A stretch of DNA of 63,703 nt from Candidatus Fervidifonticultor sextus (GTDB lineage Bacteria; Sysuimicrobiota; Sysuimicrobiia; Sysuimicrobiales; Humicultoraceae), in contig JAVKHQ010000013.1 of the NCBI GenBank assembly GCA_031459875.1, positions 1 through 63,703 on the forward strand, in the 5' to 3' direction. This document shows, one piece after another, positions 1 to 8,885 of this stretch (the first letter of the stretch is position 1; each line of letters starts with the position of its first letter). The notes under the pieces were generated by a model. The model was not told the origin of the DNA. It did no database searches and saw only the letters and a list, made by a program, of their open reading frames with translations. The position numbers and the translations under genes were made by a program.

Positions 1-1
1 G

Positions 2-235
2 ATGGCGGGACAGGTCGGGATCGGCGATCACCTCACCATCGGTGCCGGGGCCCGGATTTTGGGGCAGGCCGGCGTGACGAAGGACGTGGCGGCAGGCGCC
101 ACCGTGTCCGGCTACCCGGCGCGGGACCACCGTCAGGCGCTCCGGCTGGACGCCACCCTGGCCAGGCTGCCCGAGCTCCTCGAGCGCGTCCGGGCGCTCG
201 AGGCGCGCCTGGACGCGCGCGGCCGCCGGCGATGA
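2..235 (+). CDS. lpxD: UDP-3-O-acylglucosamine N-acyltransferase, C-terminal part (5'-truncated by window edge)
   Basis: Hexapeptide repeats GQVGIGDHLTIG..GQAGVTKDV..SGYPAR and a C-terminal helix (RLPELLERVRALE); first gene of the lpx cluster. Confidence 0.9.
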   Translation: MAGQVGIGDHLTIGAGARILGQAGVTKDVAAGATVSGYPARDHRQALRLDATLARLPELLERVRALEARLDARGRRR

Positions 236-2019
236 GACGTCGGGCGCTGTGCGGCGGGCTGCTGATCGCCGCGGTGATCGTGGCGGGGGCCGGCGCCGGC
301 CCCGCCGCCGCGGGCGAGGTGACCGTGGTGCGGCTTCCCGGCCGGGCCGCCGGGGCAGAGCTCCTGGTCCGCGGACAGGCCGTCGCCCGCCTGCACGGCC
401 CAGACGGCGTGCGGCGGCTCCTGGCGGCGGCGAAGTCCCTCGACCCCTTGCTGCCGCCGCCTACCATCGTCACGACGTCCGCCTCGCGCAGGGAGGCGCG
501 GCTCCTGGTGGACGGCCACCCGGTGCTGGGAGCCACCCGCAGCGATGCGGCCCGCCTGGGGGTGAGCCCCGAGGTGCTGGTGCGCCGCTGGGCCGACGCG
601 CTGGAGGCGGCACTGGCCGTGCCGCCCATCACGGTGGCGCCGGCCGCCCTCATGCTGTCCCCCGGGCGATCGGCGGTCGTGGCCCTGGCGACCACGGTGT
701 CCGGGCCGGTGGTGCTCGGGTCATTTGACCGCACCGTGGCCGAGGTCAGGCTGGGCTCCGGCACAGCCCGTGTCAGTGCCGGGCGGGTCGGGAGCACGGT
801 GGTGCCGTTCAGGATCGGGCCCTACCGCGCGCATCTGGCCGTGGCGGTCCGGCCGCCCGCCGGCGTCATCCCGTCCGAGACCGAGGTCCTGGTGACGGGC
901 CAGCCGGCGACGCCGGATCTCATCCGCGAGGCGGCGGCACGCCGGCTGCAGGAGGTGGTACGCCGGGAGCCGGGCAGCCGGCTCGCCCATGGTGCCATCG
1001 AGGTGGGCGGTCCGCTCCCGCCAGGCGCGTCGGTCACCGTTCCGGTGGCGGTCGGGCTCCGCAGCCCCTCTGCCGGACCGGTGGACGGCACGCTCCGACT
1101 GAGGGTGACAAACGTGCCGCTGGAGGTCAAGGACCCTGAAGTCCTGCTGGTAAGCAACCGGCCGGAGACCATCACCTCCAGCGGCCGGCTCTTCCAGGAG
1201 ACCCTGGCGACCGGGAGAGCGGCCCGGTTGCTCTACCATCACCGGAATGCCCCGGGCGGCCCCACCCGGGTGATCAAGATCACGCTCTCCAACTCCGGGA
1301 CCAGCCGGGCCCGCGTGCACTATGCCGCCGGGGTGGCCGGCCCGTCGTCAGACCCGCTCCAGATCGGGTTCGCGGCGACCGCGCGCTTCCTCGGGGCGCT
1401 GCTGGCAGGCCGCGGCTACGTCGTCGAGGTCCCCCCGCAGCGGTCGGCGACGTTTGCCGCACAGACGCTGGCGCCTGGCGCGCTCGTCTCCGGCATCATG
1501 CAGTTCCAGGTCATCGAGGGCGGCCCCGTGGAGCTTGTCGTGCACGTCCGGCTGCCCTGGCTGCTGGACGGGACCGTGACCGCCGACCTCGGGCCGTGGG
1601 CCTTCCCGCATCCGCGCGGCACCTTCCCTGGCTCGGCCGTGGAGATCCTCCGTGAGGTGCCCGTGCACGCGCCCGCCGCGATCGTCGACCTGGGCGTGGC
1701 CTCTGGCCTGCACGACGTGCGCACCGGGGAACCGCTGGTCGGGGACTACGGCGTCCTCTACCGTCTGCAGCTCGTGCTGACCAATCCCACCGACCGAGAG
1801 GTGACGGCCGCGCTGGTGGCCACGGCCGCGGGCGGGCTGGCCCGGGGGCTGTTCGTCATCGATGGCGCGCCGACCGACGCGGGCTGGCTGCGCCCCGGCG
1901 AGGACCGCGCCCTCGCGTCGTTTGCCGTGGGCCCGCTCTCGGCGCGGGAGGTCGCCGTGCTGACCATGCCGGTGGCCGGATCGTTCTATCCGGTGCGCCT
2001 GGGGCTGAGGCCGCAATGA
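232..2019 (+). CDS. Exported hypothetical protein, possibly with a DUF3370-like C-terminal domain
   Basis: Signal peptide; ATGA overlaps with lpxD and lpxC; motifs LLVSNRPE and GDYGVLY resemble the SNxPE/GNYGVxY motifs I recall for DUF3370. Confidence 0.7.
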   Translation: MRRRALCGGLLIAAVIVAGAGAGPAAAGEVTVVRLPGRAAGAELLVRGQAVARLHGPDGVRRLLAAAKSLDPLLPPPTIVTTSASRREARLLVDGHPVLGATRSDAARLGVSPEVLVRRWADALEAALAVPPITVAPAALMLSPGRSAVVALATTVSGPVVLGSFDRTVAEVRLGSGTARVSAGRVGSTVVPFRIGPYRAHLAVAVRPPAGVIPSETEVLVTGQPATPDLIREAAARRLQEVVRREPGSRLAHGAIEVGGPLPPGASVTVPVAVGLRSPSAGPVDGTLRLRVTNVPLEVKDPEVLLVSNRPETITSSGRLFQETLATGRAARLLYHHRNAPGGPTRVIKITLSNSGTSRARVHYAAGVAGPSSDPLQIGFAATARFLGALLAGRGYVVEVPPQRSATFAAQTLAPGALVSGIMQFQVIEGGPVELVVHVRLPWLLDGTVTADLGPWAFPHPRGTFPGSAVEILREVPVHAPAAIVDLGVASGLHDVRTGEPLVGDYGVLYRLQLVLTNPTDREVTAALVATAAGGLARGLFVIDGAPTDAGWLRPGEDRALASFAVGPLSAREVAVLTMPVAGSFYPVRLGLRPQ

Positions 2020-2849
2020 AGGACTCCGCGCAGTGTACGATCGCCAGACCGGTGAGCCTGGCCGGGACCGGCCTCCACACCGGGGCGCCCGCCGTGGTCC
2101 ATCTGTCCCCGGCGCCGGTCAATGCGGGGGTTACCTTCCGGCGGCTCGACCTCGCCGATGCGCCGGCGGTGACGGCCTGCCTGGACGAGGTGGTCGCGAC
2201 CGCGCGCGGCGTGGTCCTGGGCCGCCGGGTGCGCGTCGCCACCGTCGAGCACCTGCTCTCGGCGGCCAGAGGGCTGGGCATCGACAACCTGGCGGTCGAG
2301 ATCGAAGGAGAGGAATTGCCCTGCGGGGACGGGAGCGCCCAGCTCTTCGTCGAGGCCTTCGACCGCGCCGGGGTGGTGGCGCAGGAGGCGCCCCGACGGC
2401 CCATCCTCCTCGATGCCCCGGTGTGGGTGAGCAGCGCCAGCAGCATCATCGTCGCGGTGCCATCGTCGGGTCTGCGGATTACCTACGTGGCCACGGCCGA
2501 CGGCGCCTCGCTGGCCCCGCAGATCGCCGAGTTCCAGGACGGCGTGGACAGCTACGCCCGCGCCATCGCCCCGGCCCGAACCTGGGGGCTGGCGGCCGAG
2601 GTGGAGGCCCTGCGGGCCCGCGGCCTGGCGCGGGGCGCCTCGCTGGCGACGACCCTGGTCATCGGGCCGCATGGCTTCATGAACGAACCGCGCTTCCCCA
2701 ACGAGATGGCACGGCACAAGATCCTGGACGCGGTCGGCGACCTGGCCCTGCTGGGCCGGCCGCTGTGCGCGCATATCGTGGCGGTCCGCGCCGGGCACGG
2801 GCTCCACGTGGCGCTGGCGAACCAGATCGCCCGGAGGCTGTCCGCGTGA
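2016..2849 (+). CDS. lpxC: UDP-3-O-acyl-N-acetylglucosamine deacetylase
   Basis: GTGLHTG, TVEHLLSA, DGSA, IAPARTWG, HKILDAVGDL and GH zinc motifs. Confidence 0.97.
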   Translation: MKDSAQCTIARPVSLAGTGLHTGAPAVVHLSPAPVNAGVTFRRLDLADAPAVTACLDEVVATARGVVLGRRVRVATVEHLLSAARGLGIDNLAVEIEGEELPCGDGSAQLFVEAFDRAGVVAQEAPRRPILLDAPVWVSSASSIIVAVPSSGLRITYVATADGASLAPQIAEFQDGVDSYARAIAPARTWGLAAEVEALRARGLARGASLATTLVIGPHGFMNEPRFPNEMARHKILDAVGDLALLGRPLCAHIVAVRAGHGLHVALANQIARRLSA

Positions 2850-3661
2850 AGGGGACCAGGCCTATCATCCATCCTACCGCGGTCGTCGACCCCAGCGTCG
2901 AACTCGGCGAGGGGGTCGAGATCGGGCCCTACGCGGTGATCGGCCCCAACACCGTCATCGGGGACGGCACCGTCGTCGGGCCCCACGCGGTCATCTACGG
3001 CGACGTGACGCTGGGCCGGGAGAACCGGCTCGCCGCCCACGTGGTCATCGGCGGGCGGCCGCAGGACCTGGCCTACCGGGGCGAGCGGACGCGCGTCGTC
3101 GTCGGCGACCGCAACCTCTTCAGCGAGTTCACCAGCGTGGACCGCGCCACCGGTGAGGGCGGCGAGACGCGGATCGGGAACGGGACCTACATCATGTCCT
3201 TCTCGAAGATCAGTCACAACTGCTGGATCGGCGATGGCGCCATCATCGTCAGCGGCGTGCAACTCGGCGGGTGGGTGCGCGTGGAGGACCACGTCTACGT
3301 CGGCGGCGTCTCGGGCGCGCACCAGTTTGTCCACCTCGGTCGCCTGGCCATGGTGGCCGGCCACACCGGCGTCCGCCAGGACGTGCCGCCCTACGTGATG
3401 GTCGCCGGGTTCACCGCCAGGGCCGTCGGGCTGAATCAGGTGGGCCTGGAGCGCCACGGCATCCCGCCCGCCGACCGAGAGGCCCTGCGGCGGGCCTTCC
3501 GGATCTTCTTCCGCTCCGGGCTGTCTATGGACGCGGCCCTGGAGGCTCTGGAGGAGATCGCCCAAGGCAGCGGGCCGGTCCGGGACTTCCTGACGTTTGT
3601 GCGCTCGGCGCGGGAACGCAAACGGGGGATCGTGCGATGGCGGAGCGAGACGGCGCCGTAG
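2846..3661 (+). CDS. lpxA: UDP-N-acetylglucosamine O-acyltransferase
   Basis: GTG 2846 overlaps the lpxC stop; IHPTAVVD, PQDL, HNC, HQF, DVPPY, GLNQVGLER. The ORF-track start at 2033 is an in-frame overextension. Confidence 0.95.
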   Translation: MKGTRPIIHPTAVVDPSVELGEGVEIGPYAVIGPNTVIGDGTVVGPHAVIYGDVTLGRENRLAAHVVIGGRPQDLAYRGERTRVVVGDRNLFSEFTSVDRATGEGGETRIGNGTYIMSFSKISHNCWIGDGAIIVSGVQLGGWVRVEDHVYVGGVSGAHQFVHLGRLAMVAGHTGVRQDVPPYVMVAGFTARAVGLNQVGLERHGIPPADREALRRAFRIFFRSGLSMDAALEALEEIAQGSGPVRDFLTFVRSARERKRGIVRWRSETAP

Positions 3662-4476
3662 GCCTCCTGGCCGGCGTGGGCACATTCCCGGAGGTGATCG
3701 CCCACGCGGTGAAGTGCGCCGGCCGCGCCCTGGTCTGCGTCCAGGTCGCGGGCGACTCCCCCGCGCTCCACGCGCTGGCCGACCACTACCGGCGGTGCAC
3801 GCCGGGGGCGCTCGGGGAAGTCCTGGGCACGCTGCAGGCCCACCGCGTCCAGGAAGTCCTGGTGGCGGGCCGCTTCTCGCGGGCCGACCTGCTGGGCGCT
3901 GGCGACGCCGTGCGCGACGCCGTCATGGCGCGGCAGGCCGACCGGCGCGACATCCCGCTCCTGGAGAGCCTGGCCGCCCTGCTCGCCGAGCAGGGGATCG
4001 TCCTGGTGGACCAGACGCGCTTCGTGGGCGACCTGCTGGCGCCCCCCGGGGTGCTGACGGCGCGGCCGCCGACGCCGGAGGAGGAGGCCGACCTGGCCTT
4101 CGGCCGGACCGTCGCCCGGCGCCTCGCGGATCTGGACGTGGGACAGACCGTCGTCCTGCGCCGCGGCATCATCCTGGCCGTAGAAGCCGCGGAGGGCACC
4201 GACGCCACGATCCGCCGGGGCGGCGCCATGGCGCCGGAGACCGTCGTGGTGAAGGTGAGCCGGAACAACCAGGACCCGAGGTTCGACATCCCCGCCGTCG
4301 GTCCGGATACCATCGCGGCGATGCGGGAGGCGGCCGCCAGGGTGCTGGGCATTGACGCCCGCCGGACCCTGCTGCTGCACCGGGCCCGCATGCTCGCGGA
4401 AGCCGATGCGTCGGGGATCACGGTGGTGGCGGCCGACGTCCCGCCGCTGGGCCATCCGGTCCATGCCCATCCTTGA
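3637..4476 (+). CDS. lpxI: UDP-2,3-diacylglucosamine pyrophosphatase LpxI (DUF1009)
   Basis: GLLAGxGxFP, DVGQTVV, AVEAAEGTDATIRR, QDPRFDIPAVG; lies between lpxA and lpxB. Confidence 0.93.
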   Translation: MAERDGAVGLLAGVGTFPEVIAHAVKCAGRALVCVQVAGDSPALHALADHYRRCTPGALGEVLGTLQAHRVQEVLVAGRFSRADLLGAGDAVRDAVMARQADRRDIPLLESLAALLAEQGIVLVDQTRFVGDLLAPPGVLTARPPTPEEEADLAFGRTVARRLADLDVGQTVVLRRGIILAVEAAEGTDATIRRGGAMAPETVVVKVSRNNQDPRFDIPAVGPDTIAAMREAAARVLGIDARRTLLLHRARMLAEADASGITVVAADVPPLGHPVHAHP

Positions 4477-5647
4477 GCCGGGTCGGGCCGCAGGGCGCGT
4501 CTTCATCGTGGCCGGCGAGGTCTCGGGTGATCTCCACGGCGCGGCCCTGGCGCGGGAGTTGCGCGCGCTGGACCCGGGCCTCCGGCTCGAGGGGATCGGG
4601 GGACTGCGGATGGCGGCCGCGGGCGTCCGCCTGGTGGAGGACAGCAGCACCTGGGGCCTGATGGGATGGGCTGAGGCCGTCCATCACATGCGGGCGTTCC
4701 TGCGGCGGCTGGATGCCGCCACCTCCCGGCTGCTGGCCGATCCGCCGGACGTGCTGGTGCTGGTGGACTTCCCGGGCTTCAACCTGCGGCTGCTGGAGCG
4801 CCTTGGGGGCCGCATCCCTGCCGTGTACTACGTGCCGCCGATGGTCTCGATCCGGCGCGGCCGCCGGGCCGCCCGGATCGCGGCCCTGGGCGCTCGGCTG
4901 CTCGCCATCTTTCCCTTCGAGGCGGAGGCCTACCGCGCCGCCGGGGCCGACGTCACCTTCGTGGGCCATCCGGCCGTGGATCTGGCAGACGGGCTCGAGC
5001 CGGCCGCGCGCGTGCGGGCGCGCCTGGGCATTCCGCCCGACGGGCCTGTCCTCGGCCTGCTGCCCGGCAGTCGCCGGCAGGAACTCGACGCGCTGGCAGA
5101 TCTCATGCTGGACGCCGCGCGGCGGGTGCGCGCCGCGCACCCCCACCTGGTGGTCCTGCTGGCGGTGGCCTCCCCCATCTTCCGCGACCGCATCGGGGAG
5201 GCGGTGGCGGCCTCACGCCTGCCGGTGATCCTCGCAGACGGTGCCCGTCAGGTCATGCAGGTCAGCACCGTGCTGCTCCTGGCCTCCGGCACCGCGGCCG
5301 TCGAAGCCATGGTGCTGGGCGTCCCCATGGTGGCCGTCTACCGCGGGTCCTGGGTCTCCTGGATGATCGCGAATCTGGTGGTGGCGCCCCGCTGGGGCAC
5401 GATCCCCAACATCATGGCGCGGGCCGAGGTGGTCCCCGAACTGTTGCAGGCGCGGGCCAACGCCAGGATGATGAGCGCGGCGGTCCGTCGGCTGCTGTGC
5501 GAGCCCCAAGCCCGGGACGCCATGCGCGCGCGCCTGCTGGCGCTCGCCTCGACCCTGGGACCGCCCGGCGCCGCGCGCCGCGCTGCGGCCGAAGTGCTGG
5601 CGGCGATGGGCCGGCCGACCTTGAAGGTCGAATCGGCCGTCCAGTAA
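4463..5647 (+). CDS. lpxB: Lipid-A-disaccharide synthase
   Basis: AGEVSGDLHGA, DFPGFN, IFPFE, FVGHP, LLPGSR, SGT motifs. Confidence 0.96.
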   Translation: MPILEPGRAAGRVFIVAGEVSGDLHGAALARELRALDPGLRLEGIGGLRMAAAGVRLVEDSSTWGLMGWAEAVHHMRAFLRRLDAATSRLLADPPDVLVLVDFPGFNLRLLERLGGRIPAVYYVPPMVSIRRGRRAARIAALGARLLAIFPFEAEAYRAAGADVTFVGHPAVDLADGLEPAARVRARLGIPPDGPVLGLLPGSRRQELDALADLMLDAARRVRAAHPHLVVLLAVASPIFRDRIGEAVAASRLPVILADGARQVMQVSTVLLLASGTAAVEAMVLGVPMVAVYRGSWVSWMIANLVVAPRWGTIPNIMARAEVVPELLQARANARMMSAAVRRLLCEPQARDAMRARLLALASTLGPPGAARRAAAEVLAAMGRPTLKVESAVQ

Positions 5648-5648
5648 G

Positions 5649-6272
5649 ATGAGGCGGGCGTTCGGGGAGGCGCACCCCATGGCCGGCGGCAGGCGGTGGA
5701 TCTGGATCGGACTGATCATGGGGCTGGTGCCACTTGGCCTCTGGGTCCTGTTGGGAGCGCCCGGCCCGACCTCGTCCCGGCCCGGGGCCGGAGCCGGTCC
5801 GGGCGGCGGCGTCCGGCCGGCGCCGCAGGCGACCCCGGTGCCGATTCCCCCGGTCCAGGTCGAGCGGAGCGCGATCTCGACCGTCGACCCGCAGGGCCGA
5901 CGGCAGTGGGACATCCGCGCGGCCACCATCTCGGTGGACGGCGCAGCCGGCACCGCCCAGTTGACGGCGGTCGAGGGCACGTTCTTCCAGGCGGGCGCCA
6001 TGGCGGTGACTTTCACGGCGCCCCGGGGGACGTTCTACATCGCCACGCGGAACGTGACGCTGGCCGGCGGCGTATTCGCGAGGAGCGCGACCGGGAGGAC
6101 GCTGGAGGCCGAGGTGGTCCACTGGTACCCCAAAATCCGGCAGATCGAGGCCACCGGCTCGGTGGTCCTCCGCCAGCAGGGGATCGTGGTCCGGGCCGAC
6201 CGTCTGACCGCCGACGTGGCGCTCCAGCGCACCAAACTCGACGGGAACATCCGTGTTGAGGTCGCGGAATAG
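5649..6272 (+). CDS. lptC: LPS export protein LptC
   Basis: Single N-terminal TM helix plus beta-jellyroll-like sequence; sits directly before lptA/lptB; start may be ATG 5679. Confidence 0.8.
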   Translation: MRRAFGEAHPMAGGRRWIWIGLIMGLVPLGLWVLLGAPGPTSSRPGAGAGPGGGVRPAPQATPVPIPPVQVERSAISTVDPQGRRQWDIRAATISVDGAAGTAQLTAVEGTFFQAGAMAVTFTAPRGTFYIATRNVTLAGGVFARSATGRTLEAEVVHWYPKIRQIEATGSVVLRQQGIVVRADRLTADVALQRTKLDGNIRVEVAE

Positions 6273-6273
6273 C

Positions 6274-7080
6274 GTGGTCCGGCCCGCGGCGGCCCTGGCC
6301 TGCCTCGTGGTGTGGCTGCTGGGCAGCGGCGGCCCCGCCGGCGGCCAGCCGGCCCTGCCCATCGAGGTCACCGGCGCGACGTTCCTGGAATACGACGATC
6401 GCACCGGTCACCTGCGGGCCGAGGGCGCCCCGGTGGTCGTGACCCGCGGCCGCACCACCCTGCGCGCGCCGCGCGTCCGCTACGAGGCCCGGACGCAGGT
6501 GGCACTCGCCACCGGCGGCGTGACCGCAGAGGAGCCGGGGCTCACGGTGCGCGCGGAGGAGGCCGAGTTCCGCTTCGCCGACGACCGGTTCCGCGCCTGG
6601 GGAGGGGTGGTCGTCTGGAGCCGTCGGGACGATCAGACCACCACGCTCTCCGCGCCCCAGGTGGAAGGCTCCCTGCAGACGCGGCGCTTCGCCGCCTCTG
6701 GCGGGGTGGCGGTGGATCGCGGCGAGTGGCGGGTGCTAGGCCGTCGGCTCGACTACGACGACGGGACCGGCGTGGCGGTGGTGACCGGAGACCCCGAGGC
6801 GCGCTTCCGGGAGGCGACCATGACCGCAGAGGTCATCCGCTTCCACGTGCGCGACGAGACCGCGTCCGGCCAAGGCAACGTGCGGCTGCGCCGCAGCGAG
6901 TTGGAGGGCCGCGCGGCGCGCGCAGACGTCGCCGGACGCGAGGGCCGGGCCGTGCTCTCGGGCGGCGCGCGGGTGGATCGCGGGACGGACCGGTTGACCG
7001 CTGAGGTCATCGAGGTGGACCTGGACGGGTCGCGGGTGACCGCCCGCGGCCGATCGCGGCTCGTGGTCTCGCCGCGGTAG
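6274..7080 (+). CDS. lptA: LptA/OstA-family periplasmic LPS transport protein (long, repeated jellyroll)
   Basis: Signal peptide, repeated A.G.V/ltA..i.. OstA-like units; lies between lptC and lptB; start uncertain (6253 or 6274). Confidence 0.75.
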   Translation: MVRPAAALACLVVWLLGSGGPAGGQPALPIEVTGATFLEYDDRTGHLRAEGAPVVVTRGRTTLRAPRVRYEARTQVALATGGVTAEEPGLTVRAEEAEFRFADDRFRAWGGVVVWSRRDDQTTTLSAPQVEGSLQTRRFAASGGVAVDRGEWRVLGRRLDYDDGTGVAVVTGDPEARFREATMTAEVIRFHVRDETASGQGNVRLRRSELEGRAARADVAGREGRAVLSGGARVDRGTDRLTAEVIEVDLDGSRVTARGRSRLVVSPR

Positions 7081-7089
7081 GAGCCTCCT

Positions 7090-7806
7090 GTGCTGGCCGC
7101 CAAGGGACTGTACAAGCGCTTCGGGGCCCGGACCGTGGTGGACGGCGTGGATCTCAGCGTCGAGCGCGGGGAGATCGTGGGCCTGCTGGGCCCCAACGGC
7201 GCCGGGAAGACCACCACCTTCTACATGATCGTCGGGCTGATCCGCCCGGACGGAGGCGACGTGTGGCTCGACGATGAACCCATCACCCACCTCCCGGTGC
7301 ACCTGCGCGCGCGGCGCGGCATCGGCTACCTCAGCCAGGAACCCTCGGTCTTCCGGGGGCTGACCGTCCAGCAGAACATCGACGCCGTCCTGGAAGGCAC
7401 GCCGCTGTCGCCCCCGCAGCGGGCGGCGACGGTTGGCGCGCTGCTGGAGGAGTTTGACCTGGTGGGGCTGCGTGCGCAACTGGGCGCGACGTTGTCTGGC
7501 GGCGAACGGCGGCGGGTGGAGATCGCCCGGGTCCTGGCGCTGAACCCGTCGTACATGCTCCTGGACGAACCGTTCACCGGCGTCGATCCCAAGTCGGTGG
7601 CCGAGATCCAGGAGGTGGTAGTCCGTCTGCGCGACCGGGGGCTGGGCGTCGTCATCACCGACCACAACGTGCGCGACACGCTGGCCATCACCGACCGCGC
7701 GGAGATCATCCACGAGGGCCGCATCCTGTTCGCCGGGACGTCCGAGGAGATCATGGCCAGCGAAGACGCCCGGCGCTTCTACCTGGGCGAACGGTTCCGC
7801 CTCTAG
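7090..7806 (+). CDS. lptB: LPS export ABC transporter ATPase
   Basis: GPNGAGKTTTFY, LSGGERRRVEIAR, LLDEPFTGVDP, ITDHNVRDTL, FYLGERF. Confidence 0.97.
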   Translation: MLAAKGLYKRFGARTVVDGVDLSVERGEIVGLLGPNGAGKTTTFYMIVGLIRPDGGDVWLDDEPITHLPVHLRARRGIGYLSQEPSVFRGLTVQQNIDAVLEGTPLSPPQRAATVGALLEEFDLVGLRAQLGATLSGGERRRVEIARVLALNPSYMLLDEPFTGVDPKSVAEIQEVVVRLRDRGLGVVITDHNVRDTLAITDRAEIIHEGRILFAGTSEEIMASEDARRFYLGERFRL

Positions 7807-7810
7807 TCAT

Positions 7811-8881
7811 ATGCGGCAGATCGACCGCTACATCCTGCGCGAGGTCGGAGGGATCTTCGTCTTCGGGGCGGCCGTCTTCACCACGCTGCTGATGGTGAAC
7901 CACCTGTTCTTCCTGGCGCGCCTGGCGGCCGAGGCCGGCGTCCCGATCCGCACCAGCCTCCTCCTGCTGGCGCTCCGGGTGCCCTACATGGCCGCCTACG
8001 GCCTGCCCATGGCCATGCTGCTGGCCACGCTGATGGCCTTCGGCCGCCTCTCCGACCGGAATGAGATCATCGCGCTGCGGACCTCGGGATGGAGCCTGGG
8101 GCGCATCGCCCTGCCCGTGCTGGTCGCGGGCGCGGTGGTGACCGCGATCTCGCTGGCGGTGACCGAATACGTGGTGCCGCCGTCCGAGACGCGCTACCGC
8201 GACCTCCTGGCGGAGGTGCTCCAGTCGCCCACCCGTCAGATCCAGGAGCACGTGTTGTTCCGCGAGCCGATTGACGGCGTCGAGTCGGTGTTCTACGCGC
8301 GCGCGCTGGACACGCGCGACGGCACCATGTCGGGGGTCGTCATCACGCAGTTCCAGCACGACCGCCCGGTCCGCCTCATCGAGGCCGCGCGGGCCCGCTT
8401 CGGGACCGGGGGGTGGGTGCTGCAGGACGGCACCATCTACCTGCTGGACTCAGGCGGCGGGGTGTCGACGCGGTTTGCCAGCATGAGGGTCACGCTGCGG
8501 CGCACGCCGCGGCAGGCGGCGGCGCCGCGGCGCGACCCTTCGGAGATGACGATCGGCGAACTGCGGCAGCAGATCGCCGCCCTCCAGACCGCGGGGGAGA
8601 ACATCCTCCGATACGTGCTCAGCCTGCACCTCAAGGTGGCGCTACCGGCCAGCAGCGTCATCTTCGCCCTCCTGGCGGTGCCGCTGGGCCTGCGTCCGCA
8701 CCGCTCGGGCCGTTCCGCCGGCCTGGCCCTGACCGTGCTGGTGCTCCTGGGCTACTACCTGATGATGTCCGTGACCCTCACCCTGGGCGAGCGGGGCCAG
8801 CTCGCCCCGTTCTGGGCCGCCTGGATGCCCAACCTCACCGTGGCCGTCGCCGGCGGCTACCTGCTCTGGACGTCCCGGTAG
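7811..8881 (+). CDS. LptF/LptG-family permease
   Basis: IDRYILRE N-terminus, GRLSDRNEIIALRTSG, PSEMTIGEL, AAWMPN C-terminus. Confidence 0.92.
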   Translation: MRQIDRYILREVGGIFVFGAAVFTTLLMVNHLFFLARLAAEAGVPIRTSLLLLALRVPYMAAYGLPMAMLLATLMAFGRLSDRNEIIALRTSGWSLGRIALPVLVAGAVVTAISLAVTEYVVPPSETRYRDLLAEVLQSPTRQIQEHVLFREPIDGVESVFYARALDTRDGTMSGVVITQFQHDRPVRLIEAARARFGTGGWVLQDGTIYLLDSGGGVSTRFASMRVTLRRTPRQAAAPRRDPSEMTIGELRQQIAALQTAGENILRYVLSLHLKVALPASSVIFALLAVPLGLRPHRSGRSAGLALTVLVLLGYYLMMSVTLTLGERGQLAPFWAAWMPNLTVAVAGGYLLWTSR

Positions 8882-8885
8882 GAGT

